From the NCBI GenBank assembly GCA_024679065.1, contig JAGIQG010000043.1, forward strand, positions 2,356,001-2,420,000: DNA of 64,000 nucleotides, in the 5' to 3' direction. How positions within the stretch are numbered: the first letter of the stretch is position 1; every line of letters starts with the position of its first letter. The notes beneath the pieces were generated by a model. The model did not search any database. It worked only from the letters and a program-made list of their open reading frames with translations, and had not been told where the DNA came from. Origin of the DNA: Sphyrna mokarran (taxonomy: Eukaryota). This document shows positions 12,741 through 25,609 of the stretch, one piece after another. The position numbers were made by a program, and so were the translations under genes.

Positions 12741-15700
12741 GTGGTGGACAGTAAGCGACAGATAATGGCGTGAGATTTTCCTCATTCATCCATTGGCCAC
12801 TTAACATAGAAACATTCAAAATAGGAGCAAGAAGATACCAATCTATCCTTTGCTGCTGCTTCGACATTCATCATGATCATGGATGATCACCCAATTCAAT
12901 AGCCTGATAGCGCCTTCTCACCACATCCTTTGGTCTCTTCACCTACAATGTCATATCTAATTGCCTCTGAAGAATTGTGGAGCATTTGTGACGTTGGCGA
13001 AATTTCAGTGGGCTGTGTGTTAATGATTGTAGCCTAGCAAACTAAAGCAGCGGCACGGTGGCACAGTACTTAGCACTGCTCTCCCGCAAAATCAGGGACC
13101 TTTGTTCGATTCCTAGCTTGGGTAGCTGTCTAGGCCGAGTCTGCATGTTTTCCCTGTGTGTGTGCGTGTCCAAACGAGGTGCTACTTAGGTGAGTTGGCA
13201 ATGCTAAATTCTCTCTCAGTGCAGGAAAAGAAGCACTGGGATGTGGCGAGGGAGAGATTTTTATAGGAACATCTTTCCAGAGTTAATGTAAGCCTACTTC
13301 TGATTCTGTAAAACACACTTTAAACTGTTGATATACAGGTGGTCACTGGCGCGCGATGTTTCTATGTACTTACAGATTCTATAGTTCGGGTGACATTTAA
13401 ATTCATAGTTTAACCCTTAAATCACAAGGGATCGCGGTGAACAAGAGGCAAACTTGAAAACGCAGCGTCGAATACAGGTGAGTACAATGAACCCCCTGTA
13501 ATAAATGCATTGAAATAAATTTTGGGAAACAATCCTTTATTTTAACCACTTCGATCATTTCTATTTAATGTATTTCCCAGTCTCAGAGTGGACCTCTCTA
13601 CACCTCCCTGGAATTGGCTGTATTGGAAAAAAGGTCAAAAAAGAAGATCCGGAAACGAGAATCGGGGTGTTTTGTCTGTGATCCAGTCTCAAAATACAGG
13701 AGACTGGAATTGCTGATATATGTTCTGCCCTGTGGAAATCAACATGGGAGCAAGTACATCCCCGTCAAACTGCTGAATGTTCCTCGCATACTGGCCACAG
13801 ATTAGAAAGTCTGACTCATTTTGTCAAATGTATAACGAGTTTCATCAGCTTTGTGAAAGATATTTTACAGTATTAAGGCCATACAAGTGTGAAGTAACAG
13901 ACTAAGTAATTCCTTGTTTTTTTCTTAATCTTCAATGGCATATTCTGTAACTCCAGTTACTGATGCGATTGTTAATTGTTTGAAAATTCCTTTATGTAAA
14001 TAAAATCAATTTTTCTTCGGTAATAACGCTGCATCAAATGTTTCTATTGACCAATAAATAAAATAAAACAGAAGACAGAGAGACTTCATTTGGCTATGCT
14101 TATAACACAGCGGCCAAAACAATTTAAAACCAAACCTTCTCACCTGATTGGCACACTTTTTTTCTCCTCTTACCAATGACATCATATAAGGCTATGAGCT
14201 GAGAAAAACTAACTGTGGGATCTGCAGAGATCATGATTTAAATTAAAAAAAAAACATTTTTAAAGGAAAACTACAGCCACAGCGATCAAATTCTAACTCT
14301 GTGTTGGATGTTGGATCACCTCCTGGAACTCCCTTCATTCACACTCCCGCACCAAATCAGGGAGAGGGATAGGAAGGGTGATTTCACGCAAGGGTCACGA
14401 TCCCCAGCAGCAGCTGGAAGAAATGTTTCCAAGTAATCCATATTAAAACCTGCTGCAGTCCTGAGACACAGGGGAAGCTGCAAACAGAACGATGCTTGCT
14501 ATCCCGTCATGCTAGCTGTTCTTTCCTTTCATATTCAGATTTCACTGTATAACATTAACGCCCCAGGAAATTTGCTCAGACTTAGCAAAGATTGTGCTGG
14601 AAATTCAGATTCTAAACAATGCCAGTGTCACTCACTCACTGCAGCCCAAATTCCCCGGAGATTCACACCTCTGACTGAAGGACTATTTTGGTTTTCGCCA
14701 CATTCCACAAATCCAGAAGGTTTCTATAGATGCTGTGATGGCAGGAATGATGGGGACAGGAGGGCATGGTACAATTAGGGAAGACAAGGGGCAAAGGCCT
14801 CACCGTACAACTTGGATACTGTGCATAGCAACGACTGTAATACATGTGTGCAGTGAGGGAATGCTGAAAATTGACCTCCCTCCAACGATTAAATCACATT
14901 GGAATAAGGGAAGACGTTGGAGTTCAATGACTGGTAGGATTCAAAACTCTGTTTCACCATCTCTCTCTCTGTCTTTCTGCCTCTCTCGCTCTCACTCAGT
15001 CACCGTGTCCCTTTCTCTCTCGCTCACAAAGTCTCTCTCTCTCACACACACGATTCCTCTCCCTGTTTCTCTCTCTNNNNNNNNNNNNNNNNNNNNNNNN
15101 NNNNNNNNNNNNNNNNNNNNNNNNNNNNNNNNNNNNNNNNNNNNNNNNNNNNNNNNNNNNNNNNNNNNNNNNNNNNNNNNNNNNNNNNNNNNNNNNNNNN
15201 NNNNNNNNNNNNNNNNNNNNNNNNNNNNNNNNNNNNNNNNTCAACAGGATGGTAGTCAAAGAATAGAGGTGGTTGTTCTACATCGGTGATTCACGCAGGC
15301 TTGGAAGGCCGAAGGGCCTGTTTTGCGTTTTTCTTTTCTTTCTCTTTCTTTGTCGTTTTCCACCTGATATGCAGCAAGTGTCCCAGATTCCTAAATGCTA
15401 ACGTTTCCTATTTAGGTGATTGTATCAATGCTAGTGCATAGTGGCTGGTGACAGCCGTGCCAAGAATCCAGTGACCTCCCTGGAGCAGTGGTGCCAAGAC
15501 GCATAACCAGAAGAAGGTTGAGTAGGAAGTCTGAGCAGGGACGGGAATGAACTGGAAGGAGTGAGGGAAAAGGGTACTGTGTTGTGGGTCTGAGGGAGAA
15601 GGGGACCCGAGTGCGAGGTCTGAGCGAAAAAGCGGCCTGAGTGGGCGTTCTGAGGGTGAGCTGAATGTGGTTCACTCAGGTGTCCACAACATGCATACGG

Positions 15701-16040
15701 TGTGGAGTTGAGGCCACCTCATTACTGGAAGGATAAAACTTTATTGAGGAGGTTTAAAATCCATAGAATCCGTACATTGCAGAAGGAGGCTTTATTGAAA
15801 ATAGGATAGGCGAGATTTACAGGGATCCTGGGGACCTGGACGGTTACATCTGTCGGACAATATGAGGAGCATTTGAGGACCATGATTTTGTACTCAATGG
15901 AGTTTAGAAGGGTGGGGGATCTCATTGGAACTTGCAGAATACTAAATCACCTTGATCGAGTGGACGTATAGAAGATATTTCCATTAGCAGCAATGACTAG
16001 GATCCGAGGGCACATCTCAGAGTAACGGGGCAATTCTTAA

Positions 16041-17199
16041 CAAAGAACAAAGAACAAAGAACAACACAGCATGGGAAACAGGCCCTTCGGCCCAACGAGC
16101 CCGCGCTGCCGTCCTAACGCCTTAATGACATATAGGGACCAATTTGTTACCCAATCAGCCTAAGAGCACATTTTTGGGATGTGGGAGGAAACAGGAGCAC
16201 CCGGAGAAAACCCACGCAACCACGGGGAGAACGCACAAACTCCCGCAAACACAGGCCCAAATCCATGTGCCTGCACAGCAATAGCGATAGTCCCTGAGCT
16301 GTCATGGTGCCCATCAGATGGTCCAGTATAAGCATACACTAACGACGTGAAGCACTAGGCCACTCCTGAAGCAACATCCAAGAGCAGCTCTCGCACGACC
16401 TGCCGCATGCACGCCCTTGTTGGTCAACAAGGTGGACCGAACATCCTGTGGAAACAAATAGGATATTTAAACAGTCCTACTATATCCCTCCATCTGCAGA
16501 CCGCTCATGTGGCTGTCCAAGAGAACCTTAAACAACCCTAGCGTGCCTGCTCCCACCACCTTACTCGGTGGTGCATTCCACACCCCCACTACCCTTTGTG
16601 TGAAAAACTGCCCTCTAATATTCGTCTTACACATAGCCCCCGTCACCCTAAGGCCGTGACCACTCGTTCTATCCGAATCTAATGGCGGAAAAAGCTTACC
16701 ACCATTTACTCTATCCATACCCCTCATAATCTTATATACCTCTAATAGATCCCCTCTCAGCCAACGTCTTTCAAGGGAAAACAACCCCAGTGCGTTCAAT
16801 CTTTCCTCGTAAGACAGCCCTTCCATACCAGGCAGCATCCTGGTAAATCTCCTCTGCACTCTCTCCAGGGCCTCCACATCCTTCCAGTAGTAAGGCGACC
16901 AGAACTGGACGCAGTACTCCAAGTGAGGCCTAACCAACGTTCTATACACTTGCAACATTAGACTCCTACTCTTGTATTCTATACCTCTTCCTATGAAGGT
17001 TAACATACCATATGCTTTCTTTATCACATTCTCCACCTGTACTGACACCTTTAGAGACTTGTGAACCTGCACCCCCAGGTCTCTCTGCATCTCTATACTC
17101 CGGACAGTTTTACTTTTTGTCCTATAACTCCCTGCTACATTTTTCCGGCCAAAATGCATCACCTCGCATTTATCTGGATTAAATTCCATTTGCCATCTA
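16041..17199 (-). mobile_element. CR1 LINE family B, 5'-truncated, with 6-bp target-site duplication
   Basis: ORF 16467-17189 is the CR1 ORF2 C-terminus. Tail (AACAAAG)n. TSD tcttaa at 16035-16040 and 17200-17205; empty site at about 3497-3504. Confidence 0.95.
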
Positions 17200-18489
17200 T
17201 CTTAAGATCTGAGATGAGGACCAATGTCTTCAGCCAGAGTGTGACGAATCTGTGAAATTCATTGCCGCTGAAAACTGTGGAAGTCAGGTCACTGAGTGTA
17301 TTTAACAGATTGATTTTTGATTGGTAAGAGTAACAAATATGTCAAGGAAAAAGAGGGAGCATGGCACGGCACAGTAGCATCGTGGTTAGCACTATTGTTT
17401 CACAGCTCTCAGGACTGGGTTCAAAGTGCCCAGAAGCGATTTGCTATCTTGGCACTAGGAATGGAATCATTTGTTGTATGAAGAGTGTGGAGATTTTATT
17501 TTATCCCGGAAAGGGGAAATGGTAAAAGGGATTTGATGTATCCATTCAGCTTCTGTGGAGAGAATGACAGTGAAGAGCGAGAGTAAAGCCGAAATAAAGA
17601 GCCAGAACACATTCACCAACTGTAGATGCAGTGACGCTTTGAGAGAAACCATTAAAGTGACTGTGAACAGAGCCACCTCATGTGGACGTGGTATTTGCCA
17701 ACAGCACCGCCTGAAGTGCTGTGCTAGTGTTGATCAGAGTTAACTGGTGCGGAAAAAATGGCTGCGAACAGCGCCGCCTTCAGTATTGGAAGTGGTTGCA
17801 ATACTATTAGATCAATGAAAGGGTCAGATGGAGAAAATTGTAATCTCAGGTCTCATGAGAGACGAAAACACGGATCAAACAGGAAATGCTAATACGATAA
17901 AAGATCTAAGGGATTTTCACAGTAACTTCATTTGCAGTATAAATGCAAGCCTAATTATGACACTAACAATAATTTTCTGTTGAAGGAATTAATTCTTCCA
18001 AATCACTCACGTGTCTCTATTCTCCAATATCTCAGAAGAGATGGTCAACAGAAACAGTCATTCTGCTCTTTTGGGAGGTAAAAGATCCTCAGGCACCAAT
18101 CAGTAGAATTATATAATCGTAGAATCCCTACAGAGCAAAAGGAGGCCATTCGACCCAATGGACACTGATAACAATTCCACCCAGGTGCCATCTCCATATC
18201 TGTATCTAATCGCATGTCTTTGGACATTAAGGGACCATCCACTTAATCTAGCCATTTGTGGGCAGATAGGGGCAATTTCCCTCAGTCAATCCATCTAACT
18301 AACGCATCTTTGCACGCAAAGGGACAATTTAGTATGGCCAATAAACGCAAGAGGGTGGTTGGGTTTGGGTGGTGTGAGGGTGGGTTGTGAAGTGAGAGGG
18401 TGATGATGGCAGGGGGTAATGTGTTGTCGCTTGTTTTCCACGGATTTTCAAGTGGGTTATTTCCCCAAAACAAATCCATGACTTGAAGC

Positions 18490-18820
18490 GGTGTGGTAGC
18501 TCAGTGGTTAGCATTGCTGCCTATACAGCTCCAAAGTTCTGGGTTCGATGCCCGGCCCGGGTCACTGCCTGTGTGGAGTTTGCACGATCTCCTCGTATCA
18601 GCGTGGGTTGCCTCCCGGTACTCCGGTTTACTCCCACAGTCCAAAGATGTGCAGGTTAGGTTGATTGGCCATACTGACAAATTGCCCCTTAGTGTCTTGT
18701 GATGTGTAGGTTAGAGAATTAGTGGTTATAATACATGGGGGTAGAGCCTGGGTGGGATTGTGTTCGGTGCAGACTCAATGGGCCGAAGTGCCTCTTTCTG
18801 CACTATAGGATTCTATGATC
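18490..18820 (+). mobile_element. HE1-type SINE (mirror about 42779-43109)
   Basis: gtggtagctcagtggttagca...gggttcgatgccc head, V-core, tail ggattctatgat. Confidence 0.85.
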
Positions 18821-18916
18821 TATTAGGTGGGTCAGTATCACATTGGCCCTCGCTCTATTTTTTTTTTCCTTTCCAACTTTGCAATCGCAACTGTTGTGCT
18901 GCAAATAGCGAAACGT

Positions 18917-21740
18917 ATAACCCTTCAATGCTTGTGCATTGTTCTTGTTCACCTCTTGCACGGGTTATTGGTTCAAATCCAACGATCAGCATTTGAACTC
19001 AGTGTGATTTGTTGATGAAATGTATGTTATATTTTGTTGTTGCTCATTCTTCAGAGGAGTAATGTTCTCTTTCCTGCTGTAGCAGAACAGGTAGCGATAA
19101 CCTTGTCTCTTTCAGGTGTTGTATCTCACACAGTTTTGCCACAGACCCCAGCAATCCGCACTCTGTCGCTTGGATGAACAGACAAGGTGCATTGTCACAT
19201 GGGCTGGTTGGCATGGGGGAGTTATCTATTGGTGTAAACGGCGGCATCGGTAGCATCTACAACTGAGATCTCACGATTTGTTTCCGGGATATGATGCAGT
19301 TAAGATCGTTTCATCTGTTTCCTCTTCATTTGAAGTAAGCCTAAATGTTTGATTTGATTTATTACTGTCATATGTATTTGTATACAGTGAAAATGATTAT
19401 TTCTTGGACGCTATGCAGCCAAAGCATACCCTTTATAGAGAAAGAAAGGACAGAGCACAGTGTAATGTTACAGTCGTAGCTGAGGTGCAGGGAAAGATGA
19501 ACTTAATATAATAGAGGTCAAAAGTTTGACGGCAGCAGGGAAGAAACTGTTCTTGGTCGGTGACGTCAAACATTTGTATCTTTTTTTTCCGACAGAAGGA
19601 GGTAGAAAAGTGTATGTCCAGGGTACGAAGGATCTTTGCTTCTGCTGGCTGCTTTTCCATACCAGCAGAAAGTGTCTTGGAAAAGTGTCTTCCGCTGCCT
19701 TGGAAAAGATGTTGCTTTGTGCATTGGACTGGGCTTAATATATAACCTTTGGTAGTAGTGTCTTGCGATCTTGGTAGGAACAGGAGCCAGACCTAGATGT
19801 GAACCATCCAGAAAAGATGTTTCATTCTGCTGCATCATTAACATTGGATTAGAGTCAAAGTGGACTTGCCGAATTTCCTTAGCCTCCTTAGAAAGCAGGG
19901 GCGTTGGTGGAGTCTGCCCAAAGGATTGCCATGTCAAATTTCGTTTCTGGCTGCGTTATCAATAACAAGAAGTAAAGTAGCACGGCTTATCGCCTACTGG
20001 GTTTTCTTAACGCCTGATGGAACCTGCACCATGTAAGAGAACTCTGACATTTGTTCCTATCTGATTACTGCAGAGCCTCGATATGCATGTTCCTATCTTA
20101 TGTAATATTTTTAAATGTGTTATGCATTTTCATTGGGATTTGAGCAGGAAGGAGAGCATCCAAAGAACCAATACGTTACAACATGTTTCCAAAATTAAGC
20201 GTTTGTGAGTCCAAACGTTCAAATGTGTTCATTGAATTTGGATTGCCAGGTTACGGGATATCTGCATAGAAGTGATGGGTAACGTTTAACTGTGGGGAAC
20301 AATTTGATTAGATTGATATTATTGATGTAGTGATGTAATGTTATGATATTAAAATTCAGCATGAGCAAATTGTCCCTAAATTAGTCTTCCCTCAATCTGG
20401 TTACGATTTCTTTATTGTGGAGTCCAGTAAGCGTAGACAAAGGTCACAGGAAGAAGAGGGCACTCTCAATGTTAAAATGGCGGCGCGGGCTCGTTGGGCC
20501 GAAGGGCCTGTTTCCCATGCTGTATTGTGTTGTTCTTTTTTCTTTAAAGTACAAAATATTCGACTGGGCGATGGGGCGGGGGTCCGGGTGGACGGGGGGC
20601 GGGGGGTGGGGGGGGGGCGTTGGTGGGTGACCTGAAATAGATCTTGGATCTTGGAAGGTATGAAAGATTCAAAAGGGCATACGTATAGAAAGTGAAGGGA
20701 CACAACAGCATTGGACTACCAGCACCTATTATTCCCTAATGGATCCAATGTTAATTTCAAGAGAAATACCTTTCCCAGAAATAGCATAGAATGTGGACCC
20801 CATGTTATGGACCCACTCCCTACTCCACCCCCGTCAGAGGAAAAAGTTTCCCTCCATTAACCCATCAAATTATTTTTCAAATTTAAACACGGCGATTAGA
20901 CCATCTCATAATCTTATCTGCTGGAAGGAATAGGATTACTCTGTGTAACGTGCTCTCGCAATGTATCCCTTTTTAACACCGGTATCTTCATGCGAAACTG
21001 AGATGTGTTTCTCAGTTTCTCAAAAACTGAGAAACTGAGAAACTCGGTTCTCAGAAACCGAGACATCTCGGAAGTTCAAATTCTGCACAACTCACATGAA
21101 TCTAAAATGTTCATTTTTTAAAATTCGATATGGGGATCGCTGCATGGCCAGAATTCATTCCCCGTCCTTAGTTGCCCTAATGAAGCGAGCTGCCTTCTTG
21201 AAAGACTTCAGTCTACCTACTATGGGTTGACAAAAAGGCCGTTACGGAGAGAATTCCAGGATGTTGGCCAATATATTTCCAAGTCATTTTTCAAGACGGG
21301 CTTTTTTATAACAACGGCTTTTAATTATACAGGATGGTGAGTGGCTCGAAGGGGAGCATGCAGATGGTGGTGTTCTCATACATAAGCTGCTCTTGTCCTT
21401 CGACAAAGTACTGGTCGTGAGTTTGGAAGGTGCCGTCGAAGGATCGTTGGTGAATTATTGGTGTACACTGAGCGTCATGGTGGAGGGAGAGAATGTCTGT
21501 GAAACTGCGTTTCTGTCTCCACGGATCTGCCAAAGCTGCTGAGTTTATCCAGCATTTATATTTAAAATATAATCAAAGTTCATATTAACAAGAATGGGAC
21601 AATCAAATGGGAGACCCATTAAATCGGCAACACATTTTGTCTGGGAGATGGAACTTACAAAATAGCTGAAACTACAAATGTTCTATTTGAACCAAATTTG
21701 GTTGTTCCTCTTGATTGAAGACTAAACAATTAGACAGACG
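18917..21740 (+). pseudogene. Decayed Ig-superfamily pseudogene, leader-V-C1-C1-like (left arm)
   Basis: Leader-like (I)TLQCLCIVLVHLLHG at 18917-18962. After acceptor tttcag at 19116: GVVSHTVLPQTPAIRTLSLG*TDKVHCHM../VIYWCKRR. C1-like EPIRYNMFP../SLNLDCQVTGY at about 20148-20300. Second C1-like IIKVHINKNG..GDGTYKI at about 21567-21740. Stops, frameshifts and TE insertions throughout. Confidence 0.6.
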
Positions 21741-21834
21741 TGAGTCCTGTGCAGTGTAACCAGGTGCAGGGAAACCCTTCACCGGTAACTGGAAGCTCTC
21801 TTGTAAAGCCTCACAAACTTAGAATTAGTAACAT

Positions 21835-22027
21835 AGAATCATAGAAGAGTACAGTGCAGAACGAGGTCCTTTTGCCCATCGAATCTGCACCGAACACAAT
21901 CCCACCCAAGCCCTACCCCCATATCCCTACATGTTATATCCGCTAATCTTCGAACCTACGCATCCCTGGACACTAAGGGGCAATTTCTTAGCATTGCTGA
22001 TTAACCTAACCCGCACAGTTTTGGACA
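21835..22027 (-). mobile_element. HE1-type SINE 3' half (mirror about 39591-39783)
   Basis: catagaatcatagaa tail; cccacccaagccctacccccat...ggacactaaggggcaatt. Confidence 0.75.
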
Positions 22028-22154
22028 TCTGAATTATAAAAGGGAAAAAAATTGCAAAACTCCATAAAGATTGCATTCTATCATTTTGGTAATTGCATAA
22101 TACAATGATAAAAATGCTGTCATTGAAATGAATTTACATTATTGTATGACGCGA

Positions 22155-22486
22155 TAGTAAGAAACCTCACGACACCAGGTTAGTGTCCAGCAGACTTATT
22201 TGGAATCACGAGCTTTTGAAGCACTACTCCTTTCTCAAGTGAGCGAGAAGGTGGGTTCACAAGCACGGCCTATATAGACAGAGACACAATTGCAAGATAA
22301 TGGTTGGAATGCCAGTCTTTACAGGTCTTTATAAGTACAGACAATGCGTGTGGAGAGAGGTATAGTGATGGATAAGCGTTCTCCAAGGTGGTCTTCAAGA
22401 CAGAAGAAAAGGCACACTCGCCGAGCACAAACTCATAGCCAAGCTCCCAATGCACGAGGACAGCCTCAACAGGGATCTTCGGTTCA
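22155..22486 (+). mobile_element. Penelope-like element remnant (mirror about 39132-39463)
   Basis: 22372-22485 translates ISVLQGGLQDRRKGTLAEHKLIAKLPMHEDSLNRDLRF, matching the C-terminus of Penelope GIY-YIG endonucleases. Confidence 0.7.
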
Positions 22487-22850
22487 ATAAAAATCAGAGC
22501 TTAAAAGTCTAATGATGACCATTAAACCATTGTACATTGTCATAATATCCAACTGGCTTCGGAAGGAAATCTGTCATTCTCACCTGGGATGGCCGACATG
22601 TGTTTCTACTCCCACAGCCACCTGGTTTACTATCAAATACCCTCTGAAATAAAGGGAAGTTAGGGAGGAAAATTAAGAAAAGGAGAGTAGGGTTTAGGAA
22701 AAAATTGGCTGTTCAAAAATATGACGTCTTCAAAAACACAGTGCAGTGAACAAATGGATGTGACAAGTAGGGTTCAAATAAAGACACATTTTATTATATA
22801 GAAGTAAAATGAAGCCATCACAAGCTTTGTTTTGTGTTCGTTTTTAGAAA

Positions 22851-23520
22851 GAGAACAAAGAACAAAGAACAAAACAGCACGGGAAACAGGCCCTTCGGCC
22901 CAACGAGCCCACGCCCTCACCTCGTTGTTCCCACTTCTACCCACGAACCCTGCCTATCTTTATAGATCTATGCATTGGAACCAAATTTGAGATAATTTAG
23001 GGTGAATTTGTTCTGCCAATCAGCCTAAGAGCACATCTTTGGGATGTGGGATGAAACCGGAGCACCCGGAGGAAGCTCACGCAAGCACGGGGAGAATGTG
23101 CAAACTCCCACAGACACAGGCCCAAATCCATGTATCTGCACAACACAGCGATAGTCACTGAGCTGTCGTGTTGCCCATCAAATGGTCCAGGTCAAGCGTA
23201 CACTAACGACGTGAAGCACTAGGATACTCTCGAAAAAAATCCAAGAGCAGCCCTCTCACGACCATTCGCGTGTATGCCCCTTGTTAGACAACAAGGCGGA
23301 CCAAAGTACCTGTAGGATAAAAACAAATACATCAATATCATCGACTATTTACACATTTCCCAGGGGCTCCCAAGGCTCATGATCCCTATTTCAAATCAGT
23401 TTTCTATATCCCTCCATTCCCATTCTGTTCATGTGTCCATCTAAGTATCTCTTAAATAACTCAGAGTGCCTGCTTCCACCACTTTATTTGGCAGCGCGTT
23501 CCATATCCCCACCCACCCTC
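22851..23520 (-). mobile_element. CR1 family B 3' end, ORF2 tail plus long 3' UTR (mirror about 38098-38767)
   Basis: Close match to 59530-60160; (AACAAAG)n tail. Confidence 0.9.
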
Positions 23521-24574
23521 TTTTGAGACATGGACGTTGCTGGCTGGGCCAGCATTTATTGCTCACCCCTAGTTGCATTTGTCGGGCCGTTAAAAATCAA
23601 AGAACAAAGAACAACACAGAACAGGAAACAGGTCCTTTGGTCCTACAAGCCCGCGCCACCGTTTTAACATTCAGTCAGTGCCTCATTCCAATCCTTCTTC
23701 TACCCATGACCTTTGTCTATGACTCTTCGACTCTCCAAAAAAAGTGTGCAAATTTAGAGAATTTATGCACACCAGATTAAGGAAGGTCTAATTTAGGGAA
23801 AATTTGTTAACACCAATTAACCTAAGAGCATGTTTTTGGGATGTGGGAAGAAATCGAGCACCCAGAGAAAACTCATCTAAGCACGGGGAGAATGTGCAAA
23901 CTCCCACAGACACCGGCCCAAGCCCAATTACATTACTGTGGCTCTGAAGGTCACATGTCAGGCAAACAAATGAGGAAGGGAAATTTCCTTCCCTAAAGGG
24001 CATTAATGAACCTTTACTGAACATGTATGTGAGGAAAACAAAATAAACTCGCGTGAACAAGGTAATTCTTTTCATCTGAACATGGGGTCACAGTTTTTAC
24101 TGTCTGAATAATTATTCTAGCTGTTAGTTTTTATCCGCTTTTACTCACCATAAACCCTGCAAAAGCAAGAAAATGAGTCTTGCATATAATCATTCTTTGG
24201 GTATCTTTACGTGCTATTTCTACTATGTTTTCTGACCTGCTTGTTTCTGTAGGGTTAATGGCCGCAGTTTGACCTGAGCTCAAACACAAAGAGTTTTGTC
24301 CCTTTCAAATGCAGTGGAAAATATGACGGGCCGTGCAATGGAAAGTATGACACCAGTTTGGTGCGGTGTGCTGGTGAATTCCACATTCACTTAAGACAGT
24401 CTGGTCATCGACTGTGCGTCACAGCGATGAATAGGCAGCATGTCTTCAGGGAGTGTTACAGTATAGTAATTCTGTCGTGATACGTTTTCTATTTCAGCTG
24501 AATTTCAATTCATTCGCGGGATGTGAATTTCTTAGAAAGAGCAGAATGCATTGCTCTTTCGAAAATGATGATGT

Positions 24575-25095
24575 CCAAATTTGTGCAGGTTAGGTGGATT
24601 GGCAATGCTAAATTGCCCCTTAATGTCTGAAGATGTGCAGGTTAAGAGGATTGGCCACGCTAAATTGTCTCCTAGTGTCGAAAGAGGTGCAAGTTAGGGT
24701 GGATTGGCCATGCTAAATTGCCCCTTAATGTCCAAAAAATGTGCAGGTTGGATGGTTTGTCCTTACTAAATTGTCCCTTAGTGTCCAAAAAATGTCCAGG
24801 TTGGATGGATTGTCCTTGCTAAATTGTCCCTTAGTGTCCAAAGATGTGTACGTTACGTGGATTGAGCGTGCTAAATCATCCCTTAGTGTCTAATGATGTG
24901 CTGATTAGGTGGTTTGGCCATGTTAAATTGCCCCTTAATATCCAAAGATGTGCCGTTTAGGTGGGTTTGCCATGCTAAATTGCTCCTTAGTGTCAGAGGG
25001 ACTAGCTAGGGTAAATGCACGGGATATGGGGATAGGGCCTGCATGGAATTGTGATCGGTGTTGATTCGATGGGCCGAAGGTAGGATTTGATGATT
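24575..25095 (+). repeat. ~52-bp SINE-derived minisatellite, about 8 units plus SINE tail (mirror about 36523-37043)
   Basis: Unit gtccaaagatgtgcaggttaggtggattggccatgctaaattgccccttagt. Confidence 0.9.
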
Positions 25096-25609
25096 CCATG
25101 ATGACCCACAGTCTTTAACCCCTGTATTCGCTCACAGTTCACTTTGGGGATGAGTTGCCAGATTTAGAACCAGGACTGTAATGGAAGACTTGGTTGTTTG
25201 GTTCCAAATCAGCATGCTCCGCAGCTCAGAGGGCACTTTATCATTTTGGTGATCCTATTCATCTGTCCTTCTCGTTTGGGGGTAGAAGTCTCAGTGTTCG
25301 TATGTGGCAGGAAATCAGAATATAATCATAGACTGCCTACAGTGCAAAGGGATGCACCAACTTATTCACATTACCCACCTTATAAAGAACAAAGAACAAT
25401 GGAGCACGGGAAACAGGCCCTTCGGACTAAAGAGCCCACGCCACCACTTTAACATTATGACTGCCCTCCTTCATTTATGAATTTGTCTACACCTACTGGG
25501 GAAGATTGAGGGAGCACTAATTTTGGGACAATTTGTTAAACTGCTCAACTTAAGAGCATGTTTTTGGGATGTGGGAGGAAACCTATTATTTCCATAACAG
25601 CACAGACTT

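Noticed and set aside
14735-15289. Long ORFs crossing N-runs (also 30470-31075 and 46340-46862)
   Set aside because: Artificially extended through assembly gaps and simple repeats.
21755-24480. Possible further Ig fragments (C..VQGNPSPV at about 21756; VNGRSL..LSLSNAVENMTG at about 24254)
   Set aside because: Motifs are too short and lack the key Trp and Cys; cannot be told from chance.
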